Assembly: GCA_035362715.1 (NCBI GenBank)
Contig: DAOSDU010000002.1
Location: forward strand, 131,400 to 195,399
Reading direction: 5' to 3'
Source: Methanofastidiosum sp.
Lineage (GTDB): Archaea; Methanobacteriota_B; Thermococci; Methanofastidiosales; Methanofastidiosaceae
DNA: 64,000 nt
Made by a program: the position numbers and the translations under genes. Shown here one piece after another: positions 28,356 to 38,621 of the stretch (position 1 is its first letter; the number at the start of each line of letters is the position of its first letter). The notes under the pieces were generated by a model. It saw only the letters and a program-made list of their open reading frames with translations, was not told the DNA's origin and made no database searches.

Positions 28356-28859
28356 TTGGCCGAAGAATGTAAAGACCAAGAGAGAAAAATAGACGCCGTA
28401 ATGACTGTTATGAACGCATGGGTTTATGGTATAGAAAAGACAGCAAATAGTTTTTTTGGCAAACCTGAAGCATTTTATAGACAATGGATTATTATTTCTA
28501 TCCGACCTTTTATAGCCAAATGGAAAGAGCTTGGGGCAGAGTTTAAATATGGTCTTGAAGGATTTGACGCTGCTAAGATGTATGTAGAAGAAGTTTCTAA
28601 AACTGGTTTTATGAATAGAAAAGATCATGAAATCGAAGGTAACAGTGAAAGCTTTGTTTATACCGTAAATAAATGTCCTTACAATGAACATTGCAACATG
28701 CTAGTTTCTGAAGACAAAGTAGAAAAATTAGCATGTAACAGAGCAATGGCAATTATAGGTGCAATAGAAAACTCAAAACCAGGAGAATCAAAAAAGTGGG
28801 AATACAAACCACAGTTCAAAAATGGTGGTCCATGCGTTATCGAATTTAAGAAGAAGTGA
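28356..28859 (+). CDS. Stand-alone V4R/MetOD-like small-ligand-binding protein
   Basis: YTVNKCPY..HC...ACNR...GGPCVIEF cysteine spacing; stop overlaps the pheS start. Confidence 0.55.
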   Translation: MAEECKDQERKIDAVMTVMNAWVYGIEKTANSFFGKPEAFYRQWIIISIRPFIAKWKELGAEFKYGLEGFDAAKMYVEEVSKTGFMNRKDHEIEGNSESFVYTVNKCPYNEHCNMLVSEDKVEKLACNRAMAIIGAIENSKPGESKKWEYKPQFKNGGPCVIEFKKK

Positions 28860-30355
28860 ATTCAATGCTCTCAAAGCAAGAGAAGATTATTCTAAAAGTA
28901 TTGGGTGACTTAAAAGGGGAATCAAATCCTGAGGAAATAGCTAAGATTTCACAATTACCCGAAGTCGCAGTAATGAGAACTCTTCTTTATCTGTCAAGTA
29001 AGGAGTTAGTAATAGTTGATGAAAAAGGCGTTTCTAACTTGTTACTAACGAATGAAGGTAAAACAAGTTTAGCAAACGGACTATTAGAAAAGATATTCAT
29101 TAAAGGAATAAAAGATAAACTCCCATTAGGTGAAATTGGACTTTCTGAAGAAGAAAGAAATATTGCCATTGGAATGGCAAGAAGAAATGGGTGGATATCT
29201 ATAGAGAAAAATAATAATTCGCTATCATTCTCTTTGACAGATAAAGGAAAAACTGTATTAAACGAAAAAACTTCTGAAGAGATTGCATTAGAAGATATCT
29301 CTAAGAAAAAATTAGTAGACGATAATCTAGTAACTCTTCTTGTTAAGAGAAAACTTGTTGAAAGGAAATTAGACACTGTCAGAAAGATATACCTGACTGA
29401 ATTAGGAAAAAAAGAATTATCAAAAGGAATAGAAATAACAGACGAGATTTCTGAATTAACTCCAGACATGTTAAAAAATCAAAACTGGAGGGATGTTACT
29501 TTAAAAAGATTTGATGTTTCATCGGATGTCAAAGTATTCTACCCTTCAAGAAAACATTTTGTTAATCAGGCAATTGAGTATATCAGAAAAATCTGGCTTG
29601 AGATGGGATTTAAAGAAATGTCAGGTCCAATGATAGATACTTCTTTTTGGGTTTTCGATGCATTATTTCAACCTCAAGACCACCCTGCCAGAGACATGCA
29701 AGATACATTTTTTATTGAATCTCCAAGATTTGGGCAAATTGATCCAAAATTTTCTAATAAAATTTGTGCTATGCATGAACACGGAGGCGACATAAACTCC
29801 AAGGGTTGGGGATATAAATGGGATAAAAAAATCAGTGAAGAATATGTCCTAAGAACCCACACTACATCTCTTTCTGTAAGAACTCTCAGTACTTTAAAAC
29901 CTGAAGATTTACCTGTAAAATTTTTCTCAGTTGGTAAAGTATTTAGAAATGAAAAACTTGACTGGAAACATCTTTTTGAGTTTTATCAAACTGATGGTAT
30001 AGTAGTCGATGAGGATGCTAATTTTAAACACCTTCTGGGTTACCTCAAACGTTTCCTAAACAAAATGGGACATTCAAAAATAAGATTTAGACCTGCATAT
30101 TTCCCATACACAGAACCAAGTATCGAAGTAGACATTTATAATAAAAATAAAGGTGAATGGGTAGAACTCTTGGGCGCAGGTATTTTTAGACCTGAAGTAG
30201 TTGTACCTCTCTTGGGAAAGGATATACCGGTACTTGCATGGGGCCCAGGATTTGGTAGAATTATGATGGAATATTATGGATTGACTGACATCCGACAGAA
30301 GTATATGAACGACCTCGACATGATGAAAAAATTACCTATTTGGATGAAAGGGTGA
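28856..30355 (+). CDS. pheS: Phenylalanine-tRNA ligase alpha subunit
   Basis: FDALFQPQDHPARDMQDTF, LRTHTT, FRNE, YFPYTEPS; start may be ATG 28865. Confidence 0.97.
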   Translation: MNSMLSKQEKIILKVLGDLKGESNPEEIAKISQLPEVAVMRTLLYLSSKELVIVDEKGVSNLLLTNEGKTSLANGLLEKIFIKGIKDKLPLGEIGLSEEERNIAIGMARRNGWISIEKNNNSLSFSLTDKGKTVLNEKTSEEIALEDISKKKLVDDNLVTLLVKRKLVERKLDTVRKIYLTELGKKELSKGIEITDEISELTPDMLKNQNWRDVTLKRFDVSSDVKVFYPSRKHFVNQAIEYIRKIWLEMGFKEMSGPMIDTSFWVFDALFQPQDHPARDMQDTFFIESPRFGQIDPKFSNKICAMHEHGGDINSKGWGYKWDKKISEEYVLRTHTTSLSVRTLSTLKPEDLPVKFFSVGKVFRNEKLDWKHLFEFYQTDGIVVDEDANFKHLLGYLKRFLNKMGHSKIRFRPAYFPYTEPSIEVDIYNKNKGEWVELLGAGIFRPEVVVPLLGKDIPVLAWGPGFGRIMMEYYGLTDIRQKYMNDLDMMKKLPIWMKG

Positions 30356-30359
30356 TAAG

Positions 30360-32018
30360 ATGCCGACAGTTAATTTTGATAAGAATGAATTCATATCCCT
30401 ACTAGGAAAAGATGTTGATGATAAAACATTAAGTGATAGGATATCTATGATTGGCACTGACCTTGAAAAAGTAAATCCTGAGGTAGTAGTTGAAGTTTTC
30501 CCAGATAGGCCAGATTTGTTATCGATCGAGGGATTTACAAGTGCACTTAAAGGTTTTATGGGAATTGAGAAAGGGCCCATAGATTTCAAAGTTCATAATT
30601 CCAGTTACGGGGGTAAAGTTGACCCTAAAGTCAAATCTGTCAGGCCTTTTGCAGTTGGTGCAATAGTCAAAGGAATTAAATTTGATGATGATACAATTAG
30701 GTCATTAATGCAGATACAGGAAAAACTGCATATTACTCACGGTAGAAATAGAAAAAAAGTTGCAATAGGTGTGCATGACCTAGATAAGATTAAATTCCCC
30801 ATTAAGTATACAACAATGCCAAGAGACTTCTCTTTTATACCTTTAGAATTTGAAAAGAATCTAACTATTGATGAAATATTAAAGACCCACCCAAAGGGAG
30901 TTGCATACTCTCATCTATTGTCAGAGTTTGAAGAATGCCCTATATGGGTAGATGACAATGGCCAAGTTTTGTCAATGCCACCAATAATAAATTCAGACTA
31001 TACAAAAGTCACAGAAAAAACAAAAAATTTATTCTTAGATATTACGGGTACTCACAGAAAAAGTATTGAATACGCTTTGAACATAATATTGATGGGACTT
31101 TTCATTAGGGGTGCGGAGATATACTCTCTAAAATTGAACGACGAAGGAAAAGATTTAATTTATCCAAACCTTAATAGGGAAAGACTTGAATTGGATCTTT
31201 CATATTCTAATAAGATACTAGGATTGAATTTATCTGAAGCTGAAACAGCAGACTTATTAATGAAAATGCGATATGGCATAGCTTCAAAATCTAAAGATAA
31301 AATTATTGTGGAAATTCCGCCTTACAGAGCAGATATTTTACATCCAATAGATTTAGTTGAAGATGTGTCTATTGCCTACGGATTTGAAAACTTTATTCCC
31401 GAAATCCCCAAAATTGCAACAATTGGCCAAGAGAATTCTATCGAGGTATTCATAAGAAAGATAGAAGAAGTGATGGTGGGATTTAATTTCTTCGAAGTAA
31501 AGAATTACATCCTCTCTAATGAAGATGTTTTGATTACTAAAATGCTTGACAATAAAAGAAAACTTGTAAAGACAAGGAATGCTGTAAATACGGAATTTGA
31601 CACTGTTAGGAGTAGTCTCTTGCCCTTGCTAATAAAGACATTAGTTTCAAATTCACACTATGAATACCCTCAGAATATATTTGAAGTAGGGGTAGTTGTT
31701 CCAGATCAAAACTTAATAGAAAAGCAGTATCTTTCTTGCACAATATGCCACCCCAAGGCCAATTTTTCTGAAATAAAGGGAATATTTAATGGCCTTCTTT
31801 CTTCTTTCGGGCTCCAATATTCTGTAAATGAAAAAGAGTATCCTTATTTTATTGAAGGAAGATCTTGCGCTCTAGAAATCGATGGGTCAAATATAGGCAA
31901 AATGGGAGAATTAAATCCTGAAGTGTTATATAATTTCAAACTAGAAATGCCAGTTTCTGCATTTGAGATTGACCTCTCAGCTTTATTCGCTCTTTTCAAA
32001 GAAAAGATACAAGGGTAA
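30360..32018 (+). CDS. pheT: Phenylalanine-tRNA ligase beta subunit
   Basis: DRPDLLSIEG, QEKLH...GRNRKKVAIGVHD, SMPPIINS, PPYRADILHPIDLVED. Confidence 0.97.
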   Translation: MPTVNFDKNEFISLLGKDVDDKTLSDRISMIGTDLEKVNPEVVVEVFPDRPDLLSIEGFTSALKGFMGIEKGPIDFKVHNSSYGGKVDPKVKSVRPFAVGAIVKGIKFDDDTIRSLMQIQEKLHITHGRNRKKVAIGVHDLDKIKFPIKYTTMPRDFSFIPLEFEKNLTIDEILKTHPKGVAYSHLLSEFEECPIWVDDNGQVLSMPPIINSDYTKVTEKTKNLFLDITGTHRKSIEYALNIILMGLFIRGAEIYSLKLNDEGKDLIYPNLNRERLELDLSYSNKILGLNLSEAETADLLMKMRYGIASKSKDKIIVEIPPYRADILHPIDLVEDVSIAYGFENFIPEIPKIATIGQENSIEVFIRKIEEVMVGFNFFEVKNYILSNEDVLITKMLDNKRKLVKTRNAVNTEFDTVRSSLLPLLIKTLVSNSHYEYPQNIFEVGVVVPDQNLIEKQYLSCTICHPKANFSEIKGIFNGLLSSFGLQYSVNEKEYPYFIEGRSCALEIDGSNIGKMGELNPEVLYNFKLEMPVSAFEIDLSALFALFKEKIQG

Positions 32019-32589
32019 GAATTATTCCTGATATTAGTGGTATGGATAAATTATCATTTACTTTTATTAGATATCCTTCTGCAAATGTAGCAGCAAGTGC
32101 ACCGCTTATAGCCATAAATGGATTTAAAATAAGAAGTCCGACAAGAAGGCACGATACAAAGCAGGCAAGACTGCCTTCCACTGATTTTTTTCCACCCATA
32201 TATTTTATTCTCCCATACCTCTTACCGATTATAGCCGAAAAAAAATCACCTACAGAATTGAAGCTTATAGCTGCAATGGCAATATTTTTTTCGAATAGAA
32301 GAACTGTAAAAAATGAAGAAATGATAAAATACGTTGCAGCTGACAAATCAACTTTTTCATAATCTCTAACAGTTTTTCCAACAACTTTTGGGATAAAATC
32401 ATTTCCAAAATTGTATCTTAACCTTAAAAATTCCACAAATACGAAAACAAGAACTAGAATGGACATTCCAAATATTGCCTCTTTTTTGTCAAAGAATAAG
32501 TAGCTTATTGGGATCAACAATCCTATCTCGTGAAATATTTTCCTTTTGAACTCAGAATCCATAGTAATCCTCATTAAATTTATAAACAT
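31996..32589 (-). CDS. CTP-dependent lipid kinase family (dolichol/phytol kinase-like) membrane protein
   Basis: RKIFH, GDFFSAIIGKRYG, KKSVEGS, DNLSIP. Confidence 0.85.
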   Translation of the reverse strand: MFINLMRITMDSEFKRKIFHEIGLLIPISYLFFDKKEAIFGMSILVLVFVFVEFLRLRYNFGNDFIPKVVGKTVRDYEKVDLSAATYFIISSFFTVLLFEKNIAIAAISFNSVGDFFSAIIGKRYGRIKYMGGKKSVEGSLACFVSCLLVGLLILNPFMAISGALAATFAEGYLIKVNDNLSIPLISGIILTLVSFL

Positions 32590-32626
32590 TATAAGTGGGG
32601 TTATTTTTAATGTTTGGGGTATATAG

Positions 32627-33466
32627 ATGAAACTAATAATAAGTTCAGAATTAGATATGGCTGGAGAAAATATACGAGAGAACTTAATTCAAAATTATCC
32701 CTTTGAAAAACTGGAAGGTAATACTTTTTATGATAAGAATAAAGACTCATTACTTGTAAAAATAAAAAATGAAACTATTTATACAGATTTTCCAGAAAAT
32801 ATAGTACAAGAAGAAGTTAAAGATTATAATTTAAGCGCTATTGATTCAATTTTTTTTGCAACAAGACATAAATCTGTTACCAAAATACCAACTTTAACTT
32901 GCCACACACCAGGAAATTTTGGTAACGCGGATTATGGTGGTAAAGACGGCCAAGTTTCTCCGTCTAATCCGGTATTTCAAAAACTAGTATTAAACGAAAT
33001 CATGGATTTATCAAAAGACCTTGAAATATCTTTTGAAGTTTCCCTTGAAGCTACACACCACGGGCCATTAACAGGGCTTCCTACAACTTTTATTGAGATT
33101 GGAAGCGATGAAACATATTGGGGGGTAAAAGAAGCTGGTGAAGTTATATCTTCAGCAATTTACAAATCGCTTTCTTATAATGAAAATAAATATTCTTTCA
33201 GAATCGCCGCTGGAATAGGCGGGGGTCATTATTGCCCTAAATTTACTGAAATCATGTTAAATACCGATATTGCAATAGGCCATGTAATTGCAAAGTATAA
33301 TACTCCAGTCACGGATTCAATTCTTTATGAATTAGTAACAAAAAGTGGGCCACTGGACGTTGTTCTTTTAGATTGGAAGGGAGTTAAGGAACGGTCAGAT
33401 TTAAAAGACAAACTTACTAGTAGAAGTATATCATTTGTAAAAACAAGTGATATTGTAAAAGAATAA
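32627..33466 (+). CDS. dtdA: D-aminoacyl-tRNA deacylase (archaeal DTD2/GEK1)
   Basis: TRHKS, LTCHTPGN, EATHHGP, FIEIGS, GIGGGHY. Confidence 0.93.
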   Translation: MKLIISSELDMAGENIRENLIQNYPFEKLEGNTFYDKNKDSLLVKIKNETIYTDFPENIVQEEVKDYNLSAIDSIFFATRHKSVTKIPTLTCHTPGNFGNADYGGKDGQVSPSNPVFQKLVLNEIMDLSKDLEISFEVSLEATHHGPLTGLPTTFIEIGSDETYWGVKEAGEVISSAIYKSLSYNENKYSFRIAAGIGGGHYCPKFTEIMLNTDIAIGHVIAKYNTPVTDSILYELVTKSGPLDVVLLDWKGVKERSDLKDKLTSRSISFVKTSDIVKE

Positions 33467-33604
33467 GGATTACCACTAAAGCGAAGCATTATACATAGCA
33501 TTATTAAGCAAAAGCTTTATATACTATTAACCTATATAGATAACAAATAGGAGTTTTATGTTACCAATAATAAGTAGCTACATTAACGATAAAGGGGGAG
33601 TTAA

Positions 33605-34726
33605 ATGAGATCTGTTATTGAAGATGCCATTGAGAGGGCGGTAACAGAAAAAGATATTGTTAAGGATCATCGCTATACTTCTGTGGATGAGGAACTTGAA
33701 AGAGTACTTAGAGAATCAAGAGCCAAGATAAAAGTAGTAGGAACAGGTGGAGCTGGCTCCAATGCAATTGACAGATTAATGGAAATTGGAGTAATTGGAG
33801 TTGAAGCAATAGCAGTTAATACTGATGCCCAAGATTTACTAGATACTAGAGCAGACAAAAAAATATTGATTGGAAAAGAAGTCACTAGAGGTTTAGGAGC
33901 AGGCAACGATCCAAAAGTTGGAGAAGAGTCTGCAAGAGAAGACGAGAGGACAATTAAAGAAGTAATAGAAGGAAGCGATATGGTTTTTGTCACCTGTGGA
34001 TTAGGTGGAGGAACGGGGACTGGTTCTGCACCAGTAATTGCCGAAATTGCTAAAAAAATGGGGGCACTAACTGTTGCAGTTGTGACTTTACCTTTCACAG
34101 TTGAAGGTTTGAGACGACAAAGAAATGCCGAAAAAGGACTTGAGAGATTAAGAAAAGTTAGCGATACTGTAATTGTCATACCAAACGATAAATTGCTAGA
34201 TATAGCACCTGGTTTACCCATAAACGCGGCTTTTAAAGTTTCTGATGATATACTGATTAGAGCTGTTGGCGGAATAGCTGAATTAATTACAAAACCTGGA
34301 TTAGTAAACGTTGACTTCGCCGATGTTAGATCTGTAATGAAAGAAGGAGACGTTGCAATGATCGGAATGGGAGAATCCGATACGGAGAACAGAGCTAAAG
34401 AAGCAATAACTGAAGCTTTGAGTAGCCCTCTGATAGATGTAGATGTAACCGGTGCCAAAGGCGCGTTAATTAACATCACTGGAAGTTCAAATATGAAACT
34501 AGAAGAAGCAGAGAAGATCGTAGAGCATGTAACAAATGAACTTGAGCCAGATGCCCAGATTATTTGGGGTGCAATGATAAACGAAGAAATTAAAAATGGA
34601 CTTAGAGTAATGGTAGTTCTTTCAGGAGTCAAATCACCTTACATATTCGGAAGAAAAGAAACTGAGATGCTTATAGAGAGCGAAACACCCGTTAGGGGAA
34701 TCGATCTTGGAATAGAATACATTTAA
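33605..34726 (+). CDS. ftsZ: Cell division protein FtsZ (FtsZ1-type context)
   Basis: GGAGSNA, AVNTDAQ, tubulin motif GGGTGTG, NVDFAD; upstream of secE-spt5. Confidence 0.98.
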   Translation: MRSVIEDAIERAVTEKDIVKDHRYTSVDEELERVLRESRAKIKVVGTGGAGSNAIDRLMEIGVIGVEAIAVNTDAQDLLDTRADKKILIGKEVTRGLGAGNDPKVGEESAREDERTIKEVIEGSDMVFVTCGLGGGTGTGSAPVIAEIAKKMGALTVAVVTLPFTVEGLRRQRNAEKGLERLRKVSDTVIVIPNDKLLDIAPGLPINAAFKVSDDILIRAVGGIAELITKPGLVNVDFADVRSVMKEGDVAMIGMGESDTENRAKEAITEALSSPLIDVDVTGAKGALINITGSSNMKLEEAEKIVEHVTNELEPDAQIIWGAMINEEIKNGLRVMVVLSGVKSPYIFGRKETEMLIESETPVRGIDLGIEYI

Positions 34727-34750
34727 AAAGGATTCTCATTAATTAGCCTC

Positions 34751-34954
34751 ATGACAGAGGCTAATCTAAAGAAAAAGGAAAGAGCAAGAAGTTGGATTTC
34801 CGAATACACAAGAGTGCTAAAACTTGCTAAGAAGCCTGGCAGAAAGGAATATTCGCTTACATCTAAAGTAACTGGAATTGGGATAGTACTTATTGGGATA
34901 ATTGGTTACTCAATAAAATATCTCTCAGTTTTAATCCAAAGTCTTGGAGCATAA
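34751..34954 (+). CDS. secE: Protein translocase SecE/Sec61 gamma
   Basis: RVLKLAKKP..KEY..TSKVTGIGIVLIGIIGY. Confidence 0.93.
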   Translation: MTEANLKKKERARSWISEYTRVLKLAKKPGRKEYSLTSKVTGIGIVLIGIIGYSIKYLSVLIQSLGA

Positions 34955-35029
34955 ATTCCTTCTAAAAAGGCTAAACTTTTTAAATCTTTGAGTACCTTTG
35001 ATTTTGTTGTTATTGTGGGTGAGAATGTA

Positions 35030-35488
35030 ATGGATGATGACGAGAATCCAATCTTTGCATTAAAGGTAGCTGTTAATCAAGAACAGAACGTAGCAAAGAT
35101 GATAGAGGGAAAAGTAAAAACTAACAACCTTAAAATTTATGCAGTCTTAGCACCAGAAACCTTAAAAGGGTATGTTTTCATTGAGGCGAGTGATAAAGGG
35201 GCTGTAGAAGAAGCCATTCAAGGCCTTCGAAATGTAAGAGGGATTCTTGAAGGTAAAATCGCCTTTGATGAAATAAGTCATTTCTTAGAGGCTAAGCCAT
35301 CGGTATCTGGTCTTGCAAAAGGTGACATTGTAGAATTAATAGCAGGGCCATTTAAGGGTGAAAAAGCTAAGATTATAAGGGTAGATAAAGGCAAAGAAGA
35401 ACTTACAGTTGAGCTTCTTGAAGCAATGGTGCCTATACCCGTTACCGTTAAAGGAGATTATGTCAGAATTATAGAGAAAAAGAGCTAG
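35030..35488 (+). CDS. spt5: Transcription elongation factor Spt5
   Basis: NGN domain (QEQNVA...LKGYVFIEA) plus KOW (GDIVELIAGPFKG); start moved to ATG 35030. Confidence 0.96.
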   Translation: MDDDENPIFALKVAVNQEQNVAKMIEGKVKTNNLKIYAVLAPETLKGYVFIEASDKGAVEEAIQGLRNVRGILEGKIAFDEISHFLEAKPSVSGLAKGDIVELIAGPFKGEKAKIIRVDKGKEELTVELLEAMVPIPVTVKGDYVRIIEKKS

Positions 35489-35498
35489 TGGTGATATA

Positions 35499-35978
35499 AT
35501 GGGAAAAGAGAGATCTGTTACCTCACTTGTTGATGGAGGAAAGGCTACTGCCGGTCCACCTTTAGGACCTGCTTTGGGACCACTTGGTATTAATGTGGGA
35601 AAGGTTGTCGCCGAAATAAATGAAAAAACGAAAGATTTTCAAGGAATGAAAGTCCCAGTTAAGATTTTTGTTGATGACAAAAAGAACTTCAGAGTTGAAG
35701 TTGGTGTTCCTCCCGCATCCGCATTAATTCTAAAAGATCTTAAATTAGAAAAAGGATCTTCTACACCATCTTCAAGTAAAGTTGGAGATATTAGTATAGA
35801 TGCACTTGTTAGAATTGCTAAGATGAAGGAACCTTCTTCATTATCTCCTGATATTGCAGGAGTGGTTAAAGAGATTCTAGGAACATGTGTTTCTATGGGC
35901 GTAACTTGTGAGGGCAAAGACCCCAGAGTAGTCCAAAACGAGATAAAAGAAGGAAAATACGATAATATAATTAAATAA
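35499..35978 (+). CDS. rpl11: 50S ribosomal protein L11
   Basis: GGKATAGPPLGPALGP, GTCVSMG. Confidence 0.97.
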   Translation: MGKERSVTSLVDGGKATAGPPLGPALGPLGINVGKVVAEINEKTKDFQGMKVPVKIFVDDKKNFRVEVGVPPASALILKDLKLEKGSSTPSSSKVGDISIDALVRIAKMKEPSSLSPDIAGVVKEILGTCVSMGVTCEGKDPRVVQNEIKEGKYDNIIK

Positions 35979-35990
35979 GGAGGAATCGTT

Positions 35991-36635
35991 TTGAAAGAGG
36001 CTGTATTACGAGCAGTGAAGAAGGCAAAGGAAACTTCAAAGCCGAGAAACTTCACACAGTCAATGGAGATGAGTATAAATCTTCAAGGACTAGACATGAA
36101 AAAAACACAAAACCGAATCAAAGAAGACTTTGTTTTACCTAACGGAAGGGGCAAAGATGTGAAGATTGGGATCTTTGCTTCAGGGGATATGGCATTAAGA
36201 GCCAAAAAGGAAAACTTGTCTGTATTTGATCAAGAAGACATAGAAAAATTCGCAAAGGACAAAAAACTTGCAAAAAAAGTTGCAAATACTCACGATTTTT
36301 TCATAGCGCAAACAGATTTCATGACCTTAGTTGGAAAATCATTAGGTCCAATATTTGCGCCAAGAGGAAAAACACCTGCACCTTTGCCTCCAACTGCTTC
36401 GCTTGAACCTATATTAAATAAACTGAAAAAAACAGTTAAAATAAAAAGCTACAATCAGTCCGTCATTCATATGTTCGTTGGCTCCGAAAAAATGGACGAT
36501 GAGATGTTAGCGGAAAACATTACAGAAATTGTTAAGTTTTTTGAAAAGAAACTTGAGAAAGGATTCGATAACATAAAATCAATTTACATAAAAACTTCTA
36601 TGGGGCCTGCAGTAAAGCTGGAGGATTTTAAATGA
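35991..36635 (+). CDS. rpl1: 50S ribosomal protein L1
   Basis: RNFTQS, LGPIFAPRGK, KTSMGP. Confidence 0.97.
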   Translation: MKEAVLRAVKKAKETSKPRNFTQSMEMSINLQGLDMKKTQNRIKEDFVLPNGRGKDVKIGIFASGDMALRAKKENLSVFDQEDIEKFAKDKKLAKKVANTHDFFIAQTDFMTLVGKSLGPIFAPRGKTPAPLPPTASLEPILNKLKKTVKIKSYNQSVIHMFVGSEKMDDEMLAENITEIVKFFEKKLEKGFDNIKSIYIKTSMGPAVKLEDFK

Positions 36636-37642
36636 AGGGAAGAGTAGCAGTTAAAGGGGACGTAGCTGAATGGAAAGCAGAAGAAGTTAACTCCCTAAGA
36701 GATATGATTAAGTCTTCTCCTGTAGTAGGAGTTGTTGAACTTCAAGGGATACCTGCAAAACAGTTACAGAATATAAGGGAAGAACTAAGAGGCAAAGTTA
36801 CTTTTAGAATGTCAAAAAATAAGTTAATGAAGATAGCTCTTGAAAAAACTGAAAAAGAATCCCTAATGGACCATATTAATGCAGGAGCAGCTTTCGTTTT
36901 TTCTAATGAAAATCCTTTTAGAATTTACCGACTTTTACAAAAATCAAAAGCACCAGCACCAGCAAAACCAGGTGACGTTGCAAAAAATGATATAATAATC
37001 CCTCAAGGAAGTACAGGATTGCCACCAGGGCCACTTGTAAGTGAGCTTCAAACTCTTGGAGTCCCAGCTAAAATTGACAAGGGTACGATATCTATTGAAA
37101 GAGATGCAGTACTCGTAAAGCATGGAGAAATAATATCCAAGAAAATTAGTGACATTCTTTCTCAGCTTAAAATTGAACCAATGGAAGTTGGTGCAGATTT
37201 GGCGGCTGCTTATGAAAATGGACTATTATTCAAAAGAGATGTTCTAACTATCGATGACGCCCAAACTAGAAATAACGTAATAAAGGCATTTTCAAATGCT
37301 TTGGCGCTATCCTTTGATAGAAGAATATTTACAAAACAAAGTGTAAAACTATTAATACAGCAAGGTGCACTTAAAACAAAATCCTTGGCAATTGGTGCAA
37401 ATATAGTTTCTCCTGAGACTATTGGGCCAATAATGTCAAAGAGTGTTGCCCAAGCTCTCAGTCTATCCAAATTGTTAAATGGCGCTGCGTTGGACGATGA
37501 ACTTAAAAATAAGCTCAACGTATCTCAATCGTCAGCCCCTGCTGAGACAAAAGTAGTTGAACATAAGGTTGAAGAAAATAAAGATAATAAAGATAAAGAT
37601 GGGGAAGCCGGATTAGAAGGTCTAGGTGCCCTATTTGGTTAA
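36632..37642 (+). CDS. rpl10: 50S ribosomal protein L10 (P0)
   Basis: [22 protein letters not shown]-terminal GLGALFG. Confidence 0.97.
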   Translation: MKGRVAVKGDVAEWKAEEVNSLRDMIKSSPVVGVVELQGIPAKQLQNIREELRGKVTFRMSKNKLMKIALEKTEKESLMDHINAGAAFVFSNENPFRIYRLLQKSKAPAPAKPGDVAKNDIIIPQGSTGLPPGPLVSELQTLGVPAKIDKGTISIERDAVLVKHGEIISKKISDILSQLKIEPMEVGADLAAAYENGLLFKRDVLTIDDAQTRNNVIKAFSNALALSFDRRIFTKQSVKLLIQQGALKTKSLAIGANIVSPETIGPIMSKSVAQALSLSKLLNGAALDDELKNKLNVSQSSAPAETKVVEHKVEENKDNKDKDGEAGLEGLGALFG

Positions 37643-37659
37643 TTAATGGAGGTGTGATT

Positions 37660-37968
37660 ATGGAATATGTATATGCTGCGATGATCCTTCATGAGGCTAA
37701 GAAGGAAATAAATGAAGCGAATTTAAACAGTGTTTTAAAAGCCGCTGGAGTAGCAGTCGATGAGGCCAGAATTAAAGCTCTTGTATCTTCATTGGAAGGT
37801 GTGGATATTGAGGATGCTATAAGCTCTGCTTCAATGCCAGTTGCTCAAGCACCTGTAGCTGCACCAGCAGCCGCTTCAGACCACAAAGCTTCTGAATCAA
37901 AGAAGGAAGAAAAGAAAGAAGAAGCAGAAGAATCGGCACTTGAAGGTTTAGGCGCTCTCTTCGGTTAA
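37660..37968 (+). CDS. rpl12: 50S ribosomal protein L12 (P1)
   Basis: [11 protein letters not shown], Ala-rich hinge, EEE...GLGALFG. Confidence 0.97.
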   Translation: MEYVYAAMILHEAKKEINEANLNSVLKAAGVAVDEARIKALVSSLEGVDIEDAISSASMPVAQAPVAAPAAASDHKASESKKEEKKEEAEESALEGLGALFG

Positions 37969-38583
37969 TTCTGTATCTTCTATTTTTAATTTTCTCTTTT
38001 TAAATCCTTTACATATGATGTAAGTTTCACGGCTTGCTGATCTTGATGACTCAGGCTTTGATATTTTAACGTAATAAAAATCATTTTTTATATCGTCTAC
38101 TAATTCTTTAGTATATTCTCCTTGAAATAATTTTATGAGTAGATTTCCTTTATATTGTAACAAATTCGTGGATAATTCTAAGGCTCTATAACAAAGATCA
38201 ATAGACTTTTCATGGTCTAAAGATCTAATCCCTGATGTGTTAGGGGCAAGGTCTGAAATAATGGCGTTAAATTCTTGTTTAATATCCTTAATCCTCTCTA
38301 TAGTTGAACTATCAAATATATCTCCTTGGACAAAAAAAGAGTTGGGGAATTTTTCTTTCACGTTTTTCAAATCAACCCCCACTACTAACCCTGTATCTCC
38401 TACTAATGTTGATGCTATTTGCATCCATCCGCCGGGAGCAGCCCCTAGATCTAATACACTATACCCTTTCTTTATAATATTGAATTTTTTGTTAAGTTGA
38501 ATAAGCTTAAAAGAGGCTCTGGACTTATAACCCTCTTTCTTGGCCATTCTGTGATACCCATCTTTCTGCTGATACATAATCAA
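37948..38583 (-). CDS. rlmE: 23S rRNA Um2552 2'-O-methyltransferase (FtsJ/RrmJ)
   Basis: [33 protein letters not shown]. Confidence 0.94.
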   Translation of the reverse strand: MIMYQQKDGYHRMAKKEGYKSRASFKLIQLNKKFNIIKKGYSVLDLGAAPGGWMQIASTLVGDTGLVVGVDLKNVKEKFPNSFFVQGDIFDSSTIERIKDIKQEFNAIISDLAPNTSGIRSLDHEKSIDLCYRALELSTNLLQYKGNLLIKLFQGEYTKELVDDIKNDFYYVKISKPESSRSASRETYIICKGFKKRKLKIEDTELTEESA

Positions 38584-38621
38584 TATTATATAAAAACTCT
38601 TTTAAATGTATATTTTCCCCT

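Noticed and set aside
33673..34632. 319-aa antisense ORF
   Set aside because: Shadow of ftsZ with Ser/Thr/Ile-rich mirror composition and no recognisable motifs
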